A stretch of 64,000 nucleotides of DNA, taken from Octopus sinensis (lineage: Eukaryota). The position numbers and the translations under genes were made by a program. The stretch is taken from NCBI RefSeq assembly GCF_006345805.1, contig NC_043016.1:10416001-10480000 (forward strand), in the 5' to 3' direction. Positions 54,487 to 64,000 of the stretch are shown here, in pieces (the stretch's first letter is position 1; each line of letters begins with the position of its first letter). A model generated the notes under the pieces. That model saw only the letters and a program-made list of their open reading frames with translations. It was not told where the DNA came from and did no database searches.

Positions 54487-55196
54487 TATATGTGTGTGTA
54501 TGTGTGTGTGAGTGTGTGTGTGTGTGTGTGTGAGTGTGTGTGGGTGTGTAAATATGATTTTATTCAACATATTCCCCTCTCACTTATTGCAGTGGTCCTT
54601 CAGTTTTTCTAAGCCCTATAAAAGAACTCAGACAGTTGGGCCTCCAACCAGGCCTTTTGTGATACTTTTAAAGCCAGGAACTTTTCAACACCGTCTCATA
54701 GAGTAGTCCTACACACACTCCATACCTACACAAATATTCCAAAGAATCTAAACAAAACATTAACAAAACACACACAAATGAACACGCAGGTGCCTTTGTG
54801 ACCTTTCAACACCCATCCATCACCACCAAAACCCAACCCCAACTCCCTGAAAACGCTACACATGAAATACCACTGCACACATTCCAGCTCCACATGTACA
54901 CTAACCACAAAGCATAAGCACATTTCCCATACACACATTTCCAGAAAACTCATAGAACTGGGGGCTTTTTGGGGTGTGTGTGTGCCAAGGGACATAACTC
55001 TTAACTTAACTCTTACTCGGTCTGTTCCATTGCCTTTTTTGCTGCAACCATCAACTGCCCCTTTTAATACAAATCACCAAGAAATGGATCGATTTATTCA
55101 CAATGAAGGACGAATAACAATCTGTAAGAAGAGGTGTGGGCAAGACGTATATGGAAACCATAGATATGTGTATAGTCAGGCTATTGGAAGTGCATA

Positions 55197-56058
55197 AAGG
55201 ACGGGGAGCTGGCAGAAAGGTTAGCAAGCCGGGCGAAATGCTTTGTGGTATTTCGTCTGTCGCTACGTTCTGGGTTCAAATTCCGCCGAGGTCGACTTTG
55301 CCTTTCATGCTTCCGGGGTCGATAAATAAAGTACCAGTTACGCACTGGGGGTTGATGTAATCGACTTAATCCGTTTGTCCCCTCTATGTTTAGCCCCTTG
55401 TGGGCAATAAAGAAATTTATTGAAAGTGCATAAGGAGATTGCATATGAGAGACAAATACCTAAGATAGAATAATCATTTCTAAAATAAGCGCAAGGCCTG
55501 GAATTTGCAGGGAGTGGGTCGATTTATCACATCGACCCCAGCACTTGACTGGTGCTTAATTTATCGAAAAGATGAAAGGCAATGCTGACCTCAGCGGAGT
55601 TTCTTTTCTACTCTAGGCACAAAGCCCCAAATTTTTTGTGGGGCTGGGGCCAGTCGAATAGATCGACCACAGTGCGCAACTGCTACTTAATTTATTGACC
55701 CCCGAAAGGATGAAAGGCAAAGTCGACCTCAGGAATTTGAACTCAGAATTAGCGAAGGGTGAAATACCTATTTCTTTACTACCCACAAGGGGCTAAACAC
55801 AGAGAGGACAAACAAAGACAGACAAACTGATTAAGTCGATTATATCGACCCCAATGCATAACTGGTACTTAATTTATCGACCCCAAAAGGATGAAAGGCA
55901 AAGTCGACCTCGGCAGAATTTGAACTCACAACGTAACGGCAGCCGAAATACCACTAAGCATTTCGCCCGACGTGCTAACGTTTCTGCCAACTCGCCGGTG
56001 AAATATCATTAAGCATTTTGTCCAGGGTGCTAACAATTCTGCCAGCTCACCACCTTTC
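55197..56058. mobile_element. Meta-type SINE cluster; the first copy (+) has TSD TATTG(G/A)AAGTGCATAA
   Basis: Family motifs. Confidence 0.82.
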
Positions 56059-56597
56059 CTTAAGATAGAATGATAAGGTGCTGAAAAGATAGTCATCATC
56101 ATCATCATCATTGTCGTTTAATGTCCGCTTTCCATGCTGGCATGGGTTGGACGATTTGACTGAGGACTGGCGAACCAGATGGCTGCACCAGGCTCCAATC
56201 TTGATCTGGCAGAGTTTCTAATGCTGGATGCCCTTCCTAACGCCAACCACTGCGAGAGTCTAGTGAAATAAAAATATAATGAAATAAAAATATAAAAATA
56301 ATGCAAGATGGGGAAAAGGTGGAATGAGATGATATTAAGCAAAATTTGGGATTATTAAGAATAAGAAAGGAAAGGAATGAAAATAGTGAAAGTATATATT
56401 AATGACTTGTAGGGACATGGTATTTCGTTATGCAACCATAATATTCTACAAATTATATTAAGCATTTAAATAAGTCAATACCATGTTCTTTTGTGTTAGC
56501 AGTGCGCTTTACATTACTTGTTATGGTTATCTCTACGGATATTCAATAGAAATTATAACCTGCACTGAGATGAAACATCGTAACAAAAATCAGTGCT

Positions 56598-56719
56598 TAC
56601 ATTATTTACTTTATTTACATTCGACGGATATTTGTCCTCATCTTCCTTGTTGTTAACACAACATTTCGGCTGATATACCCTCCAGCCTTCTTCAGGTGTC
56701 TTTTTTGACGTTATTATTA

Positions 56720-56751
<32 letters not shown>

Positions 56752-57267
56752 GTTAGGAAGGGCATCCAGCTGTAGAAACATTGCCGGATCAGACTGGGCC
56801 TGGTGCAGCCTTCTGGCTTCCCAGACTCCAGTTGAACCGTCCAACCCATGCTAGCATGGAAAGCAGATGCTAAATGATGATGATGATGATGATTATTATT
56901 ATTATTATTATTTTTGTTATTTTTATTATTATTGTTATTGTTATTATTGTTAATATTATTGTTATTATTATTGTTATTATTGTTGTTGTTGTTGTTGTTC
57001 AGGTCACTGCTTGGAATCGAACTTGGAATCTTGGGGTTAGTAGCCCGTGCTCTTAACCACTACGCCATATGCCCATGAGCCTATATGCCATGAGCATTCA
57101 AGAGATGAGGAATCATGTACATTATTTACATTGTTTACATTTGACGGATATTTGTCCTCATCTTCTTTGTTCTTGTGTTAACAACAAACAAGATGAGGAC
57201 AAATATCCGTCAAATGTAAATAATGTAAATAATGTACATAATTCCTCATCTCTTAAATATAGAACTG
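56598..57267 (-). mobile_element. tRNA-headed hammerhead-containing non-autonomous retroelement with a 13-bp TSD; RTE tail inserted at 56752-56892
   Basis: TSD AAAAATCAGTGCT at 56585 and 57268; A/B boxes at 57001-57070; hammerhead at 56655-56700; inverted tail at 57174-57267. Confidence 0.8.
56655..56700 (-). ncRNA. Minimal type I hammerhead ribozyme motif
   Basis: GACAC-CTGAAGA-A-GGCTG-loop-CAGCC-GAAA-TG-TT-GTGTT. Confidence 0.72.
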
Positions 57268-57716
57268 AAAAATCAGTGCTGACAATAATTTCTATTGAAA
57301 ATCTGTGGAGACAACCTTAACAAGTGTTGAAAGAGTATAGTATATATATATATATATATAGTGGAATCAACAAGAATAAGTTATAAATAAACCATTGAAA
57401 TAAGATAAGGATGTCTTATAGCGCTAATCATTTTCTTTCATATAGTTCTCAAAAATAACTTTTAATTTCAAAATATCTGTTTGGTTTGACTTCATTATTA
57501 CAACTCATACAATGCAATGCCACTACAAGTTGGCCAGTCTTGACTTCACTTATACGGATGTTCTAACAACAGTTCGGAGCAGCTGTTTTTATAATTGAAT
57601 TTTCAGGTCGAATATTCTGGTGCCGTACACTACTTCTTAGCATAATACACAGTATATATATTTGACCTCGTGTGTACCGTTGGCGATTTGTTTTCCTCTG
57701 TCTTTCCTTCTCCTAT

Positions 57717-57751
57717 GTTTCCGACGAAGAGCTCCGCTCGAAACGTTAAAC
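57717..57751 (+). ncRNA. Minimal type I hammerhead-like motif, U4C variant
   Basis: GTTT-CCGACGA-A-GAGC-TCC-GCTC-GAAA-CG-TT-AAAC. Confidence 0.65.
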
Positions 57752-57840
57752 CCTCCTTCTTTCCTGAGCGTCCAATAATACTATATTTGTTCCACGTCCT
57801 CGCGTTGTTGTGTTTTTGGTGTTTGTTTTCTTGTTTGGAT

Positions 57841-57883
<43 letters not shown>

Positions 57884-59079
57884 CAATATCATCATCATCA
57901 TCATCATCATCATCCTTATCATTGTTTAATGTATGCTTTCCATGCTGGCATGGGTGGGATGGTTTGACAGGAGCCAGCCAGGCAGAAGCCTAAACCAGAC
58001 TTCTGTGTCTGTTTTAACAGGGTTTTTACAGCTGGATGCCCTTCCTAACACCAACCACTCAGCAGAGGGACTAAGTGGTTCTTATGTGGCACCAGCACAG
58101 GCAAGGTCAATTTTGGTATGATTTTTACAGCTGGATGCCCTTCTAAACACCAACCACTTTACAGTGTAGACTACATGCTTTTATGTAGCACCTGCACTGA
58201 CAGGGTCACCAAGTAACCTGCAAGACAAAAATCTTTTGAGAGGGGAGGGGACATTGAAGGAGGTGATCTAGTGTCGGATGATGAAAGGTTAGAGTGAGAC
58301 ACAGAGATAGAGAGCAGTCTAGTTGTTGAGGAGGTACAAGGTTACCCAGCAAGAGAGAGAGAGAGGTCAGGAATGAAGACAGAAACAGGTATGCTGCTGT
58401 GAAGGAGATACATGGTTACTCATCCTGAGGAAAGTGCAACTGAAGGAGAGAGAGAGAGTGGGAGACAGCAGGATAGAGATGGTGGCAAGTGTCAGGGAAT
58501 ACTCACAAGGGATGAGGATCAGAATATAAATGGAATGGTCAAGTAAAGGCAGAGAGAGAGATATAGATGGTGGCAAAATGCCAGGGAATACCCTTGAGGT
58601 TTGATGGTCATAATATAAGTGGCAGGATACTGTCAAAGGAGTGTGATTAGAGATTGCAGATGGTGGGGGGGGGGTGAAAACCTGGGTATATAGAGTGTGG
58701 GGCAGGGACTACTGGATAGCAGTGATGCAGAAAAACAGGGAGGTGAGGGCAGAATTAGGGAGTGAGAGGTAGGCATGGTGCATGAATGAGGAAATGTGAG
58801 GAAGAGAAGAGATATAAATTGATTTGTTGGGGTAAGGTGTATGAAAAGTTTTCTTGTTATATGTGCATAGAACAAACAGTTCAGGGGGCTAGCAGATAAC
58901 AATGATACAGTGAGACAAGGGCCAAGTGGACAGGAATGGGGAGTGGGAGGTAAGTATTGTGCATGAAGTGGAAATGTGAGGAAGAGAAGACAAGTGAAGA
59001 TGTAGTTTGGTTTCTTGTGGTAGATTGTGAGAGGAGTTTTCCTGTTAAGTGTGGGTGGGACACACACTGCTTCCAGAAC

Positions 59080-59836
59080 TCAGTTTCACTGATGTGGGTG
59101 GGTCTTCTAAAAAATTTCCAAACATCTCAGTCCATTGTCATTTCCTCTGCAAGGCCCAACCTCCTGAGATTGATCCTTACCACTTCATCCTACATCTCCT
59201 CTTCTGCGGGTACCATCCACTTTCAGTGATCGGCACTTCTTTATACACCTGTCCTCATTCATACGCATCACATGTCCAAACCAATCTCGTCTTCTCTCTT
59301 GCATGTTACATTTGATTCCTCTGATGCCCAACTTTTCTCTCAACCGATTTGCACTTTGTCGTACATGTGCACTGATGTTGCACATCCAACGGAGCTTACT
59401 ACCTTCGTTTCTTTCCAGTTTATACATGTCTTCTGCATTCAGAGCCCATGTCTCACAACCATGGACTTTAGCCATTCGCAAACAAACATCATGCAGTCTA
59501 CCTTTCACCCTGAGAGAGAGTCCTTTTACTGCCAGCAACTTCCTCCACGCTATTCTTATTCTAGAAACAATACTTTCAGAGCAACCTCCACCATTGCTAA
59601 TTTGGTCACCTAGGTAACAGAATCTATCTACAACCTCAAGAGAGCCTCCTGCAGTGCCTCATAAAAGCACTGGTGATTGTGTCACATAAAAACACTCAGC
59701 CCCCTCTGTAAGTGGTTGGCATTAGAAAGGGGCATCCAAACATACAGATCATATAAAATAAGACTGGAGTCTAGTGCAGCTCTCCAGCTTGCCAGAACAC
59801 ATTCCAACCCATGCCAGCATGGACAACAGATGTTAA

Positions 59837-59867
<31 letters not shown>

Positions 59868-60160
59868 CAATGGCTGGTGTTTGCTTCCGATCGTGGCCGT
59901 TTGCCTCCGATCGTGGCCGTTTGCCTCCGATCGTGGCCGTTTGCCAGCCTCGTCTGGCACCTGTGCAGGTGGCACATAAAAAGCACCCACTACACTCTCG
60001 GAGTGGTTGGCGTTAGGAAGGGCATCCAGCTGTAGAAACAGTGCCAGATCAGACTGGGCCTGGTGCAGCCTTCTGGCTTCACAGATCCCGGTCGAACTGT
60101 CCAACCCATGCTAGCATGGAGAACGGACGTTAAACGAGGATGATGATGATGATGATGATG
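59080..60160. mobile_element. RTE fragment (-, 59080-59650) and two RTE tails (+)
   Basis: VHGCETWAL..LRWMCN..WFGHVMRM and the tail motifs; a 20-bp unit is repeated 3x at 59880-59945. Confidence 0.85.
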
Positions 60161-60184
60161 ATATATATATATATATATATATAT

Positions 60185-60542
60185 ACTACAGGCTTCTTAC
60201 TGCTTCTGTCTACCAAATCCACTCACGAGGCTTTGGTCAGCCTGAGGCTATAGTAGAAGACACTTGCCTGAGGTGCCATGCAGTGGGACTGAACCCAGAA
60301 CCATGTGGTTGGTTAGCAAACTACTTACCACTCAGCCACACCTGCACCTTAAGGTCAGCCCGAGGCTATAGTAGAAGACACTTGCCCGAGGTGCCATGCA
60401 GTGGGACTGAACCCAGAACCATGTGGTTGGTTAGCAAACTACTTACCACTCAGCCACACCTGCACCTTAAGGTCAGCCCGAGGCTATAGTAGAAGACACT
60501 TGCCCGAGGTGCCATGCGGTGGGACTGAACCCAGAACCATGC
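60185..60542 (-). repeat. CORE-like SINE head amplified as a 118-bp tandem repeat
   Basis: GGTCAGCC(C/T)GAGGCTATAG occurs at 60235, 60353 and 60471. Confidence 0.9.
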
Positions 60543-60612
60543 GATGGGGAAGGCAAAGAGAAGAGTTGGACCACTTAACCACTCTGGAAGAGCAACAGTA
60601 GAATTTTCTCAC

Positions 60613-60719
60613 CGTGGAAAGAAAAGCATTTTCCTACCGTGGAAAAGCTTTTCCAAAGCTAATGCCAAAACCAAGAATATGGTTAATAAGACATGTAGCG
60701 CTGCCAATTTGGTCAACAT
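60613..60719 (-). CDS. Candidate first coding exon (signal peptide/signal anchor) of an unknown gene
   Basis: AAAATG start, MLTKLAALHVLLTIFLVLALALEKLFHGRKMLFFP(R) and donor CG|GTGAGA. Confidence 0.35.
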
Positions 60720-60889
60720 TTTTTTTTGTTTTTTTTTGTGGAAACCAACATCTGGTAAACAGCATTTCAGTCTTCTTTGCTGTTTTTTTTTTTTTTCTTT
60801 TTGGTCATTCATGGAGCAATAGATGAAAATTGCTTCACATAATTAAATTTATGGTCATTACCCACATAATTATCGTGAGTACTGTGTTC

Positions 60890-61830
60890 ATCATTATCCT
60901 CCTCATCATCATCATCGTTGTTGTCATTGTTATCATCATCAATCGTCACCACCACCACCCCCACCACCACTACCACTTCTACCACTGCCACCACCACCAC
61001 CCCCACCACCACTACCACTTCTACCACGGCCACCACCACCCACCCCCACCACCACTACCACTTCTACCAACTGCCACCACCCCCACCCCCACCACCACCA
61101 CGACCACTTCTACCACTGCCACCACCCCCACCCCCACCACCACTACCACTTCTACCACTGCCACCACCCCCACCCCCACCACCACTACCACTTCTACCAC
61201 CGCCACCATCACCACCACCACCACCACTTCTACCACTGCCACCATCACCACCACCACCACTACCACTTCTACCACTGCCAACCCCACCCCCCCCCACCAC
61301 CACCACTTCTACCACTGCCACCATCACCACCACCACCACCACTACCACTTCTACCACTGCCACCATCACCACACCACCACCACTAACTTCTACCACTGCC
61401 ACCATCACCCCACCACCACAACACTTCTACCACTGCCACCATCACCACCACCACACTACCACTTCTACCACTGCCACCCACACACCCCACCACCACTTCT
61501 ACCACTGCCACCATCACCACCACCACCACCACTATCACCATTACTTCCATCATCATTACTATCACGTTCACCCCCAATATTAAAACGGCAGCCACAAGCA
61601 CCCAAGACCACCACCACCCACCACTACAACTTCCACATTACCACTACCTACCACTACCTTCATCGACACCACCACCCACCATCACCACCATCATCAAATA
61701 TTGTCTTCATCACAACTATCATCATTGCCACTATCATCACCTCTACCACTACCGTTATCATCATCATCATCATCATCATCATAATCATCACCACCACCAC
61801 AATAACCACCACCATCATCATCATCATCTG
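60890..61830. repeat. (ACC)-based low-complexity tract with a recurring ACCACTTCTACCACTGCC module
   Basis: Directly visible. Confidence 0.9.
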
Positions 61831-62287
61831 CATTTAAATATACCTATATCTGATATTCTTAAGCTTGATAATTTAGAAATCTAAGGTAGAAAAAATAATA
61901 TATTTACATAATTTATATCGTATTATTCGAATTAAGCAAAAATAAAGCATTTTTTTTCTGGGAAAAGAAGCCAAAATATGTGATTTATTCTGTTCGTTAT
62001 CTTTTTTTTTACAAATGGAAAAATATAAAATATTCAAGATTTTTAAGTTATATAGGTGACTGTGACCTATTTCTTAAAGAATTAAATTATGAAATATTTA
62101 GAATAGTTAAAACACTTAAAATATGTTAATTTTGATTGCTTGTCGGTCTGGTATGATGGGTGGGTGGGTGGGTGGGTGGGTAGGTGGGTAGTTAAAGGAA
62201 AGAGCTTATGTCAGCCTAAGACCACAAAAATACCCTGAATAGAATAGGAAAATGGTGTAAAGAAGTTTTATTCAAAATATGAAAAAG

Positions 62288-62612
62288 AATCAATTGCAGT
62301 GTGGAAGGTGTTTATAAGCCATTTAAGAAACACACAAAAACCGTTAGATTCACTTCAACATTTAAATTTAATTTGTCAAAATATTTTCGTTGCTTTGAGA
62401 CTGCGACCTGTTCACTGACAAAATTCCATGGTCAACGAACAGGTCGCGGTCTGAAAGCGATGAAAATATTTTGACAAATTAAATTTAAATGTTGAAGTGA
62501 ATCTAACGGATTTTGTGTGTTTCTTAAATGGCTTATAAACACCTTCCACACTGCAATTGATTTTTGTTTCAGCTCACAATCTCAGATCAGGTCACTTGCT
62601 TTGCAAGTACAT
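62288..62612. mobile_element. Long inverted-repeat element carrying a G3-C8 hammerhead-like motif
   Basis: Arms of ~130 bp (62288-62419 and 62431-62562) plus a 3' extension shared with 20002-20250. Confidence 0.78.
62372..62422 (-). ncRNA. Minimal type I hammerhead-like motif, G3-C8 variant
   Basis: TTTGTCA-GTGAACA-G-GTCGC-loop-GCAAC-GAAA-ATAT-TT-TGACAAA. Confidence 0.62.
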
Positions 62613-62982
62613 ATAATTTACAAAACAAGAACAACAAAAAAGACAAAAATTTTTTAAATAGGGAGTAAGAAAAAATAAATTGATGCAGCACCAATTGCTT
62701 CAGTTGGTCACACATTACAAAGTTTAATGGCAGCGGCGGCTCATAGATAAAATTAACGGGGGCGCTGCTTCAGAAAATTTTTAGCCTTTGTTTTAATATT
62801 ATGTAAAAGGAAACAAACATATAAAAAGAATATTTATACATAAACTGATCAGTTTCCGTTTAGCCTCTGCCAGGTAGTGTGTTTAATTTGTTCATTGAAC
62901 ACTGCTACGAATTACCCCTTGTTTTTCAAAAAATCCCCCCCTAAATCACAAAATAAGGGCAGGGGACTGTGCCCTATTTTTC

Positions 62983-63082
62983 NNNNNNNNNNNNNNNNNN
63001 NNNNNNNNNNNNNNNNNNNNNNNNNNNNNNNNNNNNNNNNNNNNNNNNNNNNNNNNNNNNNNNNNNNNNNNNNNNNNNNNNN
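62983..63082. other. Assembly gap (100 N)
   Basis: Run of N. Confidence 1.
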
Positions 63083-63230
63083 CATCAACCATCTTATGGT
63101 GTGTACTGGGTGTTTTTTGGAGGGGCCACCGGGGGCACCCACTACATAGAATAAGGTTGTTACTAATAGAAAGGACATCCAGCTGTAAAAAAAAAAAAAA
63201 CTGAGAAAGTTAAAGCTGAAATGAAATTAT

Positions 63231-63384
63231 ATTTACATTATTTACATTATTTACATTTGACGGATATTTGTCCTCATCTTGTTTGTTGTTAACACAACAT
63301 TTCGGCTGATATACCCTCCAGCCTTCATCAGGAGTCTTGGGGAAATTTCGAACCTGGATTCTCATTCCTTAGGTATTTTTCAGC

Positions 63385-63447
<63 letters not shown>

Positions 63448-63644
63448 TATTCAGTCACTGCCTGGAATTGAACTCGGAATCTTGGGGTTGGTAGCCTGTG
63501 CTCTTATGAGAACTACGCCATATGAGAAGCCATGTTCGAAATTTCCCCAAGACACCTGATGAAGGCTGGAGGGTATATCAGCTGAAACGGGTTAACAACA
63601 AACAAGATGAGGACAAATATCCATCAAATGTAAATAATGTAAAT
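63231..63644 (-). mobile_element. Second tRNA-headed hammerhead element, with an inverted 5'-truncated copy
   Basis: Hammerheads at 63291-63336 (-) and 63551-63594 (+); tRNA-like head at 63452-63522 (-). Confidence 0.8.
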
Positions 63645-63805
63645 AGGTGCAGGAGTGGCTGTGTGGTAAGTAGTTTGCCTACCAACCACATGGTTCCGGG
63701 TTCAGTCCCACTGTGTGGCACCTTGGGCAAGTGTCTTCTACTATAGCCTCGGGCCGACCAAAGCCTTGTGAGTGGATTTGGTAGTCGGAAACTGAAAGCC
63801 CGTCG

Positions 63806-63841
<36 letters not shown>

Positions 63842-64000
63842 CATGTATGTTTGTGTGTCTGTGTCTGTCCCCCTAGCATTGCTTGACAACCGATGCTGGT
63901 GTGTTTATGTCCCCATCACTTAGCGGTTCGGCAAAAAGATTCCGATAGAATAAGTACTGGGCTTACAAAGAATAAGTCCCGGGGTCGAGTTGCTCAACTA
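63644..64000 (+). mobile_element. CORE-like SINE running off the window
   Basis: Family motifs. Confidence 0.87.

Noticed and set aside
57001-57072. Genuine tRNA gene
   Set aside because: The acceptor and anticodon stems pair poorly, and the sequence is part of a repeated element.
60830-61837. 335-aa His/Thr/Pro-rich mucin-like ORF
   Set aside because: An ACC-derived tract that is open in most frames; it cannot be told apart from simple repeat.

Overview
AT-rich, microsatellite-dense animal DNA. The repeat complement (RTE LINE with GAT tail, Meta-/CORE-type tRNA SINEs) looks like an octopus/cephalopod genome; this is my inference, not a database result. The window is almost entirely repeats: a homogeneous ~290-bp tandem array (1-4133), decayed mariner and pogo transposons, many RTE fragments, one Penelope-like element (RT + GIY-YIG), several MITEs, a Helitron, dozens of SINEs and a 100-N gap. 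No intact host gene is recognisable; a few weak candidate exons are listed. Main findings: (1) several distinct short non-coding families that each carry a minimal type I hammerhead motif, most in Penelope-style inverted/tandem arrangements. They include a tRNA-headed family with a 13-bp TSD, a G3-C8 swapped core and U4C cores. (2) A U6 snRNA-SINE chimeric retrocopy inside one TSD. All structures were read by eye; ribozyme activity is untested.
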